A stretch of DNA of 64,000 nt from Oscillospiraceae bacterium (GTDB lineage Bacteria; Bacillota; Clostridia; Oscillospirales; Acutalibacteraceae). Where the stretch lies: NCBI GenBank assembly GCA_015066225.1, contig SVOT01000005.1:4498-68497 (forward strand). The letters run 5' to 3'. Numbering within the stretch: the stretch's first letter is position 1; each line of letters starts with the position of its first letter. The notes under the pieces are model-generated. The model did no database searches, was not told where the DNA came from, and was given only the letters and a program-made list of their open reading frames with translations. Positions 36,977-46,366 of this stretch are shown here, one piece after another. The translations under genes and the position numbers were made by a program.

Positions 36977-37759
36977 TTATACTGTTGCTTCTTCTTTGGC
37001 ATTTTTAGCCAAATCAGCTTCAATAATTTTGTTAATATTGTTCTTACCTGTGTGTCTGTAAGGACGAATTCTGAGGATAACGTACATAATAACGGCACCA
37101 ATAGCGTTGAGAATTGCATCGCCCATTGTATCCATAAGGGCAAATCTTGCTTCAAATCTTGCATCGTCAAGGGGTATAAGCATAAAGATGTTATCTCTGT
37201 TGCCGCCGGCCTCCTGTATTGCAAGCTCAAGATTCCAATGCTGGCAGTCGCCACCGAACCACTGATCGAAAACGAATTCGAAAAGCTCCCAACCGGAAGC
37301 AAAAACAAAAGCTATACCAAAAGCACAAAGTGCTGCGATTTTACCCGGAACAACAACTTTGTCACGGAGCTGCATTGCACAGATAAGCTCATAGCCGATA
37401 AAAACAGCCTCCATACAGCCGAGCATATGACAAACCTTGTCATATGCGGGAATGCTATAGTAAAAGTTTAAGAATGCGCCGCCGAAGGATGCTATAAAGA
37501 AGCACAAAGCGGTTATATTCTGAACGTATGCCGGAATGAGTCTCGGGAATGTGCCCTTAGGGAACATCTGGCAGATTTCAAGAGCAAACATACCGAGAAG
37601 GTTTGCCGCCATCTGCATAGGCTGATACATTCCCAATTTGTCAGATTCGATAAGACGAATTATGATTCCCACAATCATAGCGATACGAAGAGCCCACCAG
37701 AAAACGTATTCCCACGGCCTTCCCATGGTGCAAATTCTTTTGAAATAATCTTTAACCAT
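36977..37759 (-). CDS. hypothetical integral membrane protein
   Basis: 260 aa with about 6 TM segments. No family recognised. Confidence 0.5.
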   Translation of the reverse strand: MVKDYFKRICTMGRPWEYVFWWALRIAMIVGIIIRLIESDKLGMYQPMQMAANLLGMFALEICQMFPKGTFPRLIPAYVQNITALCFFIASFGGAFLNFYYSIPAYDKVCHMLGCMEAVFIGYELICAMQLRDKVVVPGKIAALCAFGIAFVFASGWELFEFVFDQWFGGDCQHWNLELAIQEAGGNRDNIFMLIPLDDARFEARFALMDTMGDAILNAIGAVIMYVILRIRPYRHTGKNNINKIIEADLAKNAKEEATV

Positions 37760-37915
37760 AATCTTTTCTCCACAAAAATTTTAGCTGAAAAATCGTCAGT
37801 AATGAGATAATACCAAATACACGTGCAATTATTTTTCTTTTTTAGAATTTTATTTCCAATATTATATTAAATTTTCGAAAGTTACGTATAATAGCGGCAA
37901 TTTTTATTATTTCTG

Positions 37916-37944
37916 TTGAAAAATTGTTTGTTTGATTGTATAAT
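37916..37944 (+). promoter_or_regulatory. promoter TTGAAA-17-TATAAT
   Basis: Hexamers at 37916-37921 and 37939-37944, upstream of the dCMP deaminase gene. Confidence 0.55.
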
Positions 37945-37979
37945 GTATTTTGGATTTTAGTGGAATAAGGAGAAATACT

Positions 37980-38480
37980 ATGGCTAAACGAGAAGGTTAC
38001 ATTTCATGGGATGAGTTCTTTATGGGTGCGGCTGTTCTTTGTGCCGAAAGAAGCAAAGACCCAAATACTCAGGTTGGTGCTTGCATAGTCAACAACGAAA
38101 ACAGAATCCTTTCGGTTGGCTACAACGGCTTCCCTGCCGGGTGCGACGACGATGTTTTCCCCTGGGAGCGCAGCGGTGACGACCCTTACGACACAAAATA
38201 CCTTTACGTCTGCCACGCTGAGCTCAACGCAATCCTGAATTGCAGAGGTCAAAGCCTTGAAAACAGCAGAATTTACGTTGCGCTTTTCCCCTGCAACGAA
38301 TGTGCAAAGGCAATCATTCAGAGCGGCATCAAAGAAGTTGTTTACCTTTCCGACAAATACAAGGACACGTCTGCCACAAGAGCATCAAAAAGAATGTTTG
38401 ATGCCGCCGGCGTGAAATACACAAAGCTCGTGCCCGCAAGAAAAGAGCTTGTGCTTGATTTGAGGGAAGAAAACATATAA
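37980..38480 (+). CDS. dCMP deaminase (ComEB family)
   Basis: Zinc motifs VCHAELNAI and PCNECAKAI. ATG 37980 with AAGGAG RBS. Confidence 0.85.
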   Translation: MAKREGYISWDEFFMGAAVLCAERSKDPNTQVGACIVNNENRILSVGYNGFPAGCDDDVFPWERSGDDPYDTKYLYVCHAELNAILNCRGQSLENSRIYVALFPCNECAKAIIQSGIKEVVYLSDKYKDTSATRASKRMFDAAGVKYTKLVPARKELVLDLREENI

Positions 38481-38517
38481 ATCAGTTTTAAAAATTTTTA
38501 TTATAGGAGTGTTAAAA

Positions 38518-39384
38518 ATGGCTTTAGTTAACGCAAAAGACATGCTCACAAAAGCAAAAGCAGGCCACTATGCAGTCGGTCAGTTCAACATCAACAACCT
38601 TGAATGGACAAAATCCATTCTCCTCACAGCGCAGGAAATGAACTCACCCGTTATCCTCGGTGTTTCCGAAGGTGCAGGTAAGTATATGTGCGGCTTCAAA
38701 ACAGTTGCAAGCATGGTTAAGGCTATGATTGATGACCTTGGCATCACAGTTCCCGTTGCTCTTCACCTTGACCACGGTTCATACGAAGGTGCAAAAGCTT
38801 GTATCGAAGCAGGCTTCTCTTCAATTATGTTCGACGGTTCACACTACCCCATCGACGAAAACATTGCAAAAACAAAAGAGCTCGTTGCTATCTGCGAAGA
38901 AAAAGGTCTTTCTATCGAGGCTGAGGTTGGCTCAATCGGTGGCGAAGAGGATGGCGTTGTTGGTGCAGGCGAATGTGCTGACCCCGACGAGTGTAAAATG
39001 ATTGCTGACCTTGGCGTTACAATGCTCGCAGCAGGCATCGGCAACATCCACGGCAAATATCCCGAAAACTGGGCAGGTCTTTCTTTCGACACTCTTGCAG
39101 CAGTTCAGGAAAAAACAGGTACAATGCCCCTCGTTCTTCACGGTGGTACAGGTATCCCCGCTGATATGATTAAAAAGGCTATCGAGCTCGGCGTTTCAAA
39201 AATCAACGTTAACACAGAGTGCCAGCTTGCATTCCAGGATGCTACAAGAAAATACATCGAAGCAGGTAAAGACCTTCAGGGTAAAGGCTTCGACCCCAGA
39301 AAGCTTCTTGCACCCGGTTGCGAAGCTATCAAAGAAACAGTACGTGAAAAAATCGAGCTCTTCGGCTCAAAGGATAAGGCATAA
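38518..39384 (+). CDS. fba: class II fructose-1,6-bisphosphate aldolase
   Basis: GHYAVGQFNINNLEW, LHLDHG and the GNIHG block are present. 288 aa. Confidence 0.9.
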   Translation: MALVNAKDMLTKAKAGHYAVGQFNINNLEWTKSILLTAQEMNSPVILGVSEGAGKYMCGFKTVASMVKAMIDDLGITVPVALHLDHGSYEGAKACIEAGFSSIMFDGSHYPIDENIAKTKELVAICEEKGLSIEAEVGSIGGEEDGVVGAGECADPDECKMIADLGVTMLAAGIGNIHGKYPENWAGLSFDTLAAVQEKTGTMPLVLHGGTGIPADMIKKAIELGVSKINVNTECQLAFQDATRKYIEAGKDLQGKGFDPRKLLAPGCEAIKETVREKIELFGSKDKA

Positions 39385-39392
39385 TCCCGCTT

Positions 39393-39932
39393 ATGAACGA
39401 AAAGAAAAGGAAAATTCTTCACACCATATTCGGTGTGATAGCCGTTGCTTCTGCGATAGTGACTGTGTTGTTGACTCCTTTTGCTAAAAATCTTTTAAAA
39501 GGTGACGGCAAAGCGGAGCCCACCACGCAAGCACCGCCCACAACACAAGCGGCAGAGGAAGTAAAACGGATTTATACGATTTTTATTTATGAAAAAGAGT
39601 ATAGCATAACGCGTGAAAACGGCGTTACAACTGCAATCGCCAACGATAACAGCAGCGTTACGATGGTTATTACTCAACACGAGGGCAAAGACTATGCAAC
39701 TCTTTGCAACGAAACTGCACAATATCTTTCGTTCGAGGATGATATTGCAGCTCTCAACACAACCTCGCCATACTCGGCATATTCTGCAACTGAGGGCGCC
39801 GTTACCACAAAAGTTTACTGCGTTGACGGCGGGGACTACGGCTCGGTTGAAATAAAAATCCAGCTCCCCGAAAATACACAGAAGCATCAGAAAAACTTTG
39901 ACATTTTCCTTTCTACATTCAAGCTACTGTAA
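39393..39932 (+). CDS. hypothetical membrane-anchored protein
   Basis: 179 aa with a single N-terminal TM and a Pro/Thr/Gln linker. No family recognised. Confidence 0.5.
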   Translation: MNEKKRKILHTIFGVIAVASAIVTVLLTPFAKNLLKGDGKAEPTTQAPPTTQAAEEVKRIYTIFIYEKEYSITRENGVTTAIANDNSSVTMVITQHEGKDYATLCNETAQYLSFEDDIAALNTTSPYSAYSATEGAVTTKVYCVDGGDYGSVEIKIQLPENTQKHQKNFDIFLSTFKLL

Positions 39933-39941
39933 CAACAGCAA

Positions 39942-39980
39942 ATCCCCTTACTTGTTCAAAACGAGTAAGGGGATTTTTTT
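39942..39980 (+). terminator. rho-independent terminator (bidirectional)
   Basis: Hairpin ATCCCCTTACT/AGTAAGGGGAT followed by TTTTTTT. Confidence 0.75.
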
Positions 39981-39982
39981 CT

Positions 39983-40909
39983 TTATCTTACGATATTCTT
40001 ACCGTCGAAGACGATAATTCCGTGACCGTGACCTGTTTTACCACCGCTGAGAACAAGCTGTTTGAATGCTCTGCGCATTGAGGTATCCTCAGGCCAATGC
40101 TTGGGTGATTTGTAGCCGTATTTGTCAAAAATTCTCCAGGCATCATCAAATTTATCCTTGGGCTCACTAGACACGATTTCAAAATCGTTAATGAATTTAA
40201 TTGTATTTGAATTCTCCGGGAGAATATCCTTGTAGCCCTCGTAAATGAGCCAGGAACCGCACTCGAAAATCATCAGACCGTCTTCACGGCGATAATCTGT
40301 GAAGAATTCATACGCCTGTCTGAAGGAATCAAGTCTTACCTCGTCTGTGAGGGGGATTCCCGATGATGGAATGTGGAAGCCAAGGGTTTTATCGCCTTTT
40401 TTGATTGTTATGCCTGCGGATGTGGTGAAATCCTCGCCGCCGTATGTAGTCATATCAAACTGATATCTGCCAAGACAAAAACGTCGAAGTGCAAAAAACT
40501 CCGTATTCCAACCGGCAACGAAGGTTCCGTGAACCTCCTTGCATTTAACACACTCATCATATTTATATTTGAGATCCATAATCGTATTCCAGAAAAGGTC
40601 CTCGCTGAGACCTCTTTCTTTGTATTTATCGTGCATAAGCTCTGTTGCACGAATGAGGAAAACCATATCAAGTGTGTATTCCTTAATGCCATAGATTATC
40701 GAAAGGGGCTTTATTTTATCAAAGCATTTGCCGAAATCGTGAGCCTCGGGAAAAAGGAACTCATTAAAAATGGCTTCAAACTTTTTGTTGAGGCTTTTTG
40801 ATTTTTCAATTTTCTCGGCACATTTCTCGAAAACTGCAACAGCCTCCGCCGGGAAGCCTAATTTTTTTTCTACTTCTTTGAAATGTTCGTTAAGTATTAT
40901 CATATTCAC
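39983..40909 (-). CDS. acyltransferase-domain protein (DUF5596 / GNAT-like C-terminal type)
   Basis: 308 aa. Layout and blocks (LSEDLFWNTIMDLKYK.., RFCLGRYQFDM, LGFHIPSSG.PLT) match my recollection of this uncharacterised family. Confidence 0.45.
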   Translation of the reverse strand: MNMIILNEHFKEVEKKLGFPAEAVAVFEKCAEKIEKSKSLNKKFEAIFNEFLFPEAHDFGKCFDKIKPLSIIYGIKEYTLDMVFLIRATELMHDKYKERGLSEDLFWNTIMDLKYKYDECVKCKEVHGTFVAGWNTEFFALRRFCLGRYQFDMTTYGGEDFTTSAGITIKKGDKTLGFHIPSSGIPLTDEVRLDSFRQAYEFFTDYRREDGLMIFECGSWLIYEGYKDILPENSNTIKFINDFEIVSSEPKDKFDDAWRIFDKYGYKSPKHWPEDTSMRRAFKQLVLSGGKTGHGHGIIVFDGKNIVR

Positions 40910-40916
40910 ACTACCT

Positions 40917-42275
40917 TTAATTTTTCAAACTGTTAAGAGGTGCAGGAATTCTACCGCCCCTGTTTATAAAATCCACACTACTCTCGCCGTGAACGGGCAT
41001 AACCGGTGCTGTACCGAGAAGGCCGCCCATCTCAATCGAATCGCCCACCTTTTTACCGGGTGCGGGAATAATTCTGACAGCCGTTGTTTTGTTGTTTATC
41101 ATACCGATTGCCGCTTCATCTGCAATGATTGCGGAAATGGTTTCTGCAGAGGTGTCGCCGGGAACGGCTATCATATCAAGACCAACAGAGCAGACACAGG
41201 TCATAGCCTCAAGCTTATCGAGAGTGAGAACACCCTGCTGTGCGGCGGCAATCATACCCTCATCCTCAGAAACGGGGATGAATGCACCTGAAAGACCACC
41301 AACGTGGGATGATGCCATAACTCCACCTTTTTTTACAGCATCATTGAGCATTGCAAGTGCGGCTGTTGTGCCGTGAGTTCCACAGACTCCAACACCGATT
41401 TCTTCAAGAATTCTTGCAACAGAATCGCCGATTGCGGGAGTGGGTGCAAGACTGAGGTCAACAATGCCGAACTCGGCACCCAACCTTTTTGAAGCCTCAC
41501 AGGCAATAAGCTGACCCATTCTTGTGATTTTGAATGCTGTTTTCTTTATTGTTTCGGCTACAACGTCAAAGGGCTGACCCTTGACACCCTTGAGAGCGTG
41601 GTAAACAACGCCGGGGCCGGAAACACCCACATTTATTGCGCACTCCGGCTCGCCGACACCGTGGAAGGCGCCCGCCATAAAGGGGTTATCCTCAACAGCG
41701 TTGCAGAAAACAACAAGCTTTGCACAGCCGAAGCCGTCACGGTCCTTAGTTCTTTCGGCGGCTTGCTTTATTGTTTCGCCCATAAGCTTTACGGCATCCA
41801 TATTGATACCCGCCCTTGTGGAGCCAACGTTAACCGAGGAGCAAACGTAGTCTGTCACCGCAAGAGCCTCGGGAATGGATTTTATCAGCTTTCTGTCGCC
41901 GATTGTGAGACCTTTCTGAACAAGTGCGGAGAAGCCGCCAATGAAATTGACGCCACATTCCTTTGCCGCTTTGTCGAGAGCCTTTGCAAAAATTGTATAA
42001 TCCTCAGTTTCGCAGCTTTCAGCCGCAATAGCGATGGGGGTTACAGAAATTCTTTTGTTGATAATGGGGATACCCATTTCTTTTTCAATTTCCTCACCTG
42101 TTTTTACAAGGTTTTCGGCATATTTTGTGATTTTGTCATACATCTTTTCAGCACAGATTACGGGGTCGGGATGTGCGCAGGAGCGCAGAGAAATGCCCAT
42201 TGTAATTGTGCGTATATCAAGATGCTGTTCATCTATCATATTGAGAGTTTCAAATATTTCGTGCTGGTTAAGCAT
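40917..42275 (-). CDS. UPF0210 / DUF711 (PFL-like) family protein
   Basis: 452 aa. The start [25 protein letters not shown] is typical, and the gene is paired with an ACT protein as usual. Confidence 0.8.
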   Translation of the reverse strand: MLNQHEIFETLNMIDEQHLDIRTITMGISLRSCAHPDPVICAEKMYDKITKYAENLVKTGEEIEKEMGIPIINKRISVTPIAIAAESCETEDYTIFAKALDKAAKECGVNFIGGFSALVQKGLTIGDRKLIKSIPEALAVTDYVCSSVNVGSTRAGINMDAVKLMGETIKQAAERTKDRDGFGCAKLVVFCNAVEDNPFMAGAFHGVGEPECAINVGVSGPGVVYHALKGVKGQPFDVVAETIKKTAFKITRMGQLIACEASKRLGAEFGIVDLSLAPTPAIGDSVARILEEIGVGVCGTHGTTAALAMLNDAVKKGGVMASSHVGGLSGAFIPVSEDEGMIAAAQQGVLTLDKLEAMTCVCSVGLDMIAVPGDTSAETISAIIADEAAIGMINNKTTAVRIIPAPGKKVGDSIEMGGLLGTAPVMPVHGESSVDFINRGGRIPAPLNSLKN

Positions 42276-42283
42276 ATTCCACC

Positions 42284-42553
42284 TCAGATTCTGTGCATAG
42301 CATTAAAAATATCTTCTCTTTGAATGCGGATGCTCACACCAAGGCGCTCACCCTCAGCGTCGAGAGCCTCAACAATCTGAGGATAGCTGACATTAGCTTT
42401 TTCAACGTCAACAAGCATATTCATTGTGAACATATTCTGCATAACAGTCTGGCTGATGTCGAGAATGTTTACATTGATTTTTTGAAGAGCAACGCAAACG
42501 CCCGCCATAATACCGACCTTGTCTTTGCCGACAACGGTTATAATAGCATTCAT
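42284..42553 (-). CDS. ACT domain protein (UPF0237)
   Basis: 89 aa, [19 protein letters not shown]..; the conserved partner of UPF0210. Confidence 0.8.
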   Translation of the reverse strand: MNAIITVVGKDKVGIMAGVCVALQKINVNILDISQTVMQNMFTMNMLVDVEKANVSYPQIVEALDAEGERLGVSIRIQREDIFNAMHRI

Positions 42554-42681
42554 TTTTCTACCTCATTCCGAACAATATTCAATTTATTTTATCATATCAA
42601 TCCACGGAATACAACAAATTTTGAAAGAAAAATAGGCATGTTATTTTTCTTCACAGCGAGCGTGTGAACATCACTAGATCG

Positions 42682-42726
42682 AGTTGCAAGTGGCAGATGG
42701 CAAGTTTCGGGGCACAAGCGCCGATT
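42682..42726 (+). repeat. TR copy (element E4)
   Basis: AGTTGCAAG TGGCAGA TGGCAAG TTTCGGG GCACAAGCGCC GATT. Confidence 0.8.
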
Positions 42727-42737
42727 GTATTGATGTG

Positions 42738-42903
42738 TTTTGGTGGTGTTTTACCTCTCTTCGAAGAGAGGTAAAAGAAAGGTGAGCTTTTCCGATTCAT
42801 CTGCGAAGGAAAGAGGTAAGGGGGCGACCCACCACCAAAAGCATAGCTTTTGGTCCCCCTCCCTATTTGCCGTTGGCAAACAGGGATGATAGCTCTTCGC
42901 AAC
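42738..42903 (+). ncRNA. candidate structured RNA module, long form (E4 copy)
   Basis: TTTTGGTGGTG; perfect hairpin TACCTCTCTTCGAAGAGAGGTA; hairpin TTTCC..GGAAA; core GGGGGCGACCCACCACC-(ACCAAAAGC/GCTTTTGGT)-CCCCCTCCCTAT-(TTTGCC/GGCAAA)-CAGGGATGATAGCTCTTCGCAAC. Confidence 0.5.
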
Positions 42904-42912
42904 GCCGCAACA

Positions 42913-42943
42913 CAAAAAAGCTCCGCAAGTTGCCTTGCGGAGC
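42913..42943 (-). terminator. rho-independent terminator of the secreted PHP gene
   Basis: On the minus strand: GCTCCGCAAG-gcaa-CTTGCGGAGC followed by TTTTTTG. Confidence 0.7.
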
Positions 42944-42959
42944 GGTTTTGATTATTCAA

Positions 42960-44462
42960 TCAGTTGAGTGCATCCCAAATGATGCCGAAGATGTCGAGAG
43001 AACCGAGGAATCTTACAAGTGTATCGGGGATGATAGCGATAAGCTTCCAGAAATCCTTGAAATCTGCATCAACGTTTGAAGAAACCTCACCATCGTGGTC
43101 GAGGAGGAAAGCCTGTGTATAAACAATGCCGCCTTCACCGAAAACCTCTGCTCTTACGTAGCTGCCGATTTCGCCGCTGTAATCGTCAAGGTCGATTGTT
43201 TCACCGTAAGCGAGAGTTCTGCCGTTTGTTATCCAGCGAACACACATTCCGTCAGTAACGTCCAGAGAAATTGTATCAGCGTCGTCGTCAACAGCAATCT
43301 CGTTAATGCGGGGAGCTTCAACATCAAGGGGAGCTTCGTATTTTGCGTTGTAATCCTCTGCCTGTCTGTCGAGAATATCCTGACCGATTGCAGATGCTTT
43401 TTTGTTACCGCTTTCGATGAGGTAGTTTGCATAAAGCTCAAGCTCCTCGTGGTTGCCGAGGCATTTGCTTGCAGCAAAGAACTGACCGTTGCTCATAGCA
43501 TATTTAAGATTATCAACAGTATTTTCGGGCATAAGCATCATTGTATAGCCTGTGTAAGCGGCTGAAACGCTGTGAGCGTCACTTGTTGCAATGCCGAGAA
43601 CATTTCTTCCATCGGGAGCGAGATTCATAAGAAGAATATCCCAAAGCTTTCTGTCGAAACGTGTTCTGGAGTCACCCTTTGAGTTCACATCAATACCCAT
43701 ACATGAGGGATATTTTGAAAGAATGCTTGTGAATTTGTCGATATAGTATTTGTAAATGGGGTCGTTGTAATCGTATGCGTCCTCTGTGCAATCCTCGTCA
43801 CGTGCATTTGTGTATTCGCCGGGGTGGTTGATAACAGAGAGACCGCCCAATTCATCAACAGCCTTGATGGGTGTTTCGTATTCGCTTGTGCCACCGAGGA
43901 TACCGTGGCCGTAATCTACAAACCATGTGTTAACGTGAGCATTGTTGAGAGAAGTGGGGTTCTGCTCATTGGCGAAAGGTACTCTGAGCATTTTCTGACC
44001 CTCTGAGCCGTCTTCGTATGTCTGGTAGTAATAGTCGCCGCCGTTTTCGGTAACAACGTTATATTTGTCGCCGTCGAAGGTATAGCCGCCGTTGGGATCA
44101 AGAGAAACGAGCTCTGTGCCGGGATTTCTCATATCAAGGAAAACCTTAAGAGCCGGGATTACCTGCTGCTCTGTCCAGCTGTAGCTTGTCATACCGTGGT
44201 CGGAAACAGCATAAACATCAAAGCCGTATTTATAGTTGATTTCGAGCATCTCTTTAAGAGTGTTTCTTCCGTCGGATGCTGTTGTGTGGGTGTGGAGGTC
44301 TGCTTTATACTGATCCCATGACCAGTCAACACCCTCATAGGGGTTGGTAATTGCGAAATCTCGGTCATACGCCGCCACGGCTGCTACTGAAAGGGCACCG
44401 ACAAGCATAGCGATAACGCAAATAACTGCAATAAGCTTTTTCATTTTTTTCATTGTCATCAA
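42960..44462 (-). CDS. secreted PHP-domain protein
   Basis: Signal peptide/TM KKLIAVICVIAMLVGALSVAAVAA, then DLHTHTTASDGRNTLKEMLE..YAVSDHG. 500 aa. The start overlaps the upstream transporter stop (ATGA). Confidence 0.65.
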   Translation of the reverse strand: MMTMKKMKKLIAVICVIAMLVGALSVAAVAAYDRDFAITNPYEGVDWSWDQYKADLHTHTTASDGRNTLKEMLEINYKYGFDVYAVSDHGMTSYSWTEQQVIPALKVFLDMRNPGTELVSLDPNGGYTFDGDKYNVVTENGGDYYYQTYEDGSEGQKMLRVPFANEQNPTSLNNAHVNTWFVDYGHGILGGTSEYETPIKAVDELGGLSVINHPGEYTNARDEDCTEDAYDYNDPIYKYYIDKFTSILSKYPSCMGIDVNSKGDSRTRFDRKLWDILLMNLAPDGRNVLGIATSDAHSVSAAYTGYTMMLMPENTVDNLKYAMSNGQFFAASKCLGNHEELELYANYLIESGNKKASAIGQDILDRQAEDYNAKYEAPLDVEAPRINEIAVDDDADTISLDVTDGMCVRWITNGRTLAYGETIDLDDYSGEIGSYVRAEVFGEGGIVYTQAFLLDHDGEVSSNVDADFKDFWKLIAIIPDTLVRFLGSLDIFGIIWDALN

Positions 44463-45943
44463 CCTTTCTTTACAAAAGCTTCCTCTTTTATAAAATCTTT
44501 TTTATTATCAAGCTGTGCAATGGCTTCCTCACGTGTGATTTTACCGTTGTTTGCCTCAGTCATAAGCTGAACGTCGTGGTCGCTCAAGCGGTAGAAGAAC
44601 CAGCAGATTGAAGCGATGGCAACACCGATTGCGGGAACCATAATGAAGATGAACCAAAGACCCTCAAGAGTTTCGGGGGTCTGAGTAATACCAAGCTTTT
44701 CGAGTTGCTCAAAGTTTTCTGCGGCTGAAATATCCTTCCACTTGATAACACCGAGAAGGAAGAGTGAAAGTGCAGAGGAAACGGCACCTGTGAGCTTAAC
44801 CATAAAGGTCTGGATTGCGAAGGTGATACCCTTTGCCTCGATGCCTGTTTTGAATTTGCCGTATTCTGCGCAGTCGGGTGTGAACATAAAGAGCATAACG
44901 CCCTGAATACCCTGGGGAATTGCACGAAGAACACAAAGTGCAACGAATATCCACATATTTGCGTAGCCGATGACCCACATAACAACACTGAGAGCAACGG
45001 TGAGCACGGAGCAAGTGAGGAATATTTTGATTTTGTCGTATTTTTGAACCATCTTGGGAACAAGAAGTGCAAACACGAGCATGGGAAGAGCAGAAAGCAC
45101 CATAACAACCATGCTGAATCTTGAATCGTGGAAGAGATAGAAGGATGCTGCAAGGTTAAGCGTCGACATAATGTTGAAAGCGCCATTGAAGAAATAGCCG
45201 AAATAATAAACAAGTAATTTCTTGTTTGAGAAAAGGTATTTGAACATTTTTCTTATAGTGAAGCTTTCGTCAATTTCGCCACCGCAACGCTCAACACCGT
45301 TTTTGCAGATGGGGAACATTGTGAGAAGGGCGCCAACAGCAACGACTATTGAAACAACGCTGTAGTTAAGGCCGATACCCTCACCAACGAGTATTGTCGC
45401 GATGATTGTCGAAAGACCCGAACCGATGCCGCCCCAGATGCTCTTATAGGACTGAAGGGCTGTTCTTTCATCAACTCGCTCGGTCATTGCGGTAACCATA
45501 CCGTAAATCGGAACGTCGCAAAGTGTATATGCGGTATCCCAAAGCATATATGTGATTGCATACCACGCTAATTTAAACACATCGCTGCCGCCTTTGGGCA
45601 TAGAGAAAAGAAGAACCGTTGTGAGAGGAATCGCAAAAAGAGAAACCTTCAACCAAGGGATAAATTTCTTGCCGCTTTTGAAGCGAACCTTGTCAAAAAT
45701 GCAACCGAAGATTGCATCGTTAACAGCATCCCAGATTTTAATGGCAAGGGTAATTCCCGCCGCTTTACTTACATCAACACCCTGGAACAATAACGCCGTC
45801 ATCAAAAAGGACGTTACAAGGGTGTAAATCATATTCTGGCCGCAAAAATAAACGTAATAGCTCATACGCTCCTTTTTGCTTGTTTGCCAGAGTGGATTTT
45901 TATTTGGTTTTGCCAAAAATATCACTCCATCCTGTGAAGACAC
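44459..45943 (-). CDS. GPH/MFS family glycoside transporter
   Basis: Polytopic, with the AIKIWDAVNDAIFG motif typical of GPH symporters. The start is uncertain; TTG 45916 with a GGAG RBS is an alternative. Confidence 0.7.
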   Translation of the reverse strand: MSSQDGVIFLAKPNKNPLWQTSKKERMSYYVYFCGQNMIYTLVTSFLMTALLFQGVDVSKAAGITLAIKIWDAVNDAIFGCIFDKVRFKSGKKFIPWLKVSLFAIPLTTVLLFSMPKGGSDVFKLAWYAITYMLWDTAYTLCDVPIYGMVTAMTERVDERTALQSYKSIWGGIGSGLSTIIATILVGEGIGLNYSVVSIVVAVGALLTMFPICKNGVERCGGEIDESFTIRKMFKYLFSNKKLLVYYFGYFFNGAFNIMSTLNLAASFYLFHDSRFSMVVMVLSALPMLVFALLVPKMVQKYDKIKIFLTCSVLTVALSVVMWVIGYANMWIFVALCVLRAIPQGIQGVMLFMFTPDCAEYGKFKTGIEAKGITFAIQTFMVKLTGAVSSALSLFLLGVIKWKDISAAENFEQLEKLGITQTPETLEGLWFIFIMVPAIGVAIASICWFFYRLSDHDVQLMTEANNGKITREEAIAQLDNKKDFIKEEAFVKKG

Positions 45944-46050
45944 TTAAAAAGATACCTCCACACATAATAAGTTATTCTATATTGTAATACTTTACCAAAT
46001 ATATTTCAAGCAACAACATTAATGAATTTTATCTGAAATTTATGTGCAAA

Positions 46051-46086
46051 ACAACATTAAAAGGCACTCCGCAAAGGGAGTGCCTT
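46051..46086 (-). terminator. probable rho-independent terminator
   Basis: On the minus strand: AAGGCACTCC-ctttgc-GGAGTGCCTT followed by TTTTAATGTTGTTTT. Confidence 0.5.
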
Positions 46087-46102
46087 GAATACTATTTTTG
46101 TT

Positions 46103-46321
46103 TTAGTCCTTTTTTTTGGGTGCGCCCGCTTTGTTAAGAAGCGACACGCTGAGAATGATGATGCCGACTACGATAAAAATACCAACCATACCGGCTGCAG
46201 AATCGAGTAGCGCATCACCTACATTTTCTGTATTGAATCCAACTTTTGCAACTTCTGAAGCAATTTCTGAAGCGACTTCTGTGGCTTCGGGCGAAAGTGC
46301 CTTTGAAAGTAAACTAAACAT
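46103..46321 (-). CDS. small single-TM protein, possibly an OadG-like decarboxylase subunit
   Basis: 72 aa with one TM (MVGIFIVVGIIILSVSLL), immediately downstream of the beta-subunit gene. The assignment is weak. Confidence 0.4.
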   Translation of the reverse strand: MFSLLSKALSPEATEVASEIASEVAKVGFNTENVGDALLDSAAGMVGIFIVVGIIILSVSLLNKAGAPKKKD

Positions 46322-46366
46322 AAACTAATCCTCCTGTTTCTATAATATCAAATGATTTTCAGGTTA

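Noticed and set aside
42815-42903. Known self-cleaving ribozyme or riboswitch in the shared core (hammerhead CUGAUGA..GAAA, twister, HDV-like, ZTP/pfl GGGAGCGACC-like)
   Set aside because: Only superficial resemblances (GGGATGATAG, GGGGGCGACC) were seen. The required conserved cores and helix order are not present by eye. This needs a covariance-model search to settle.
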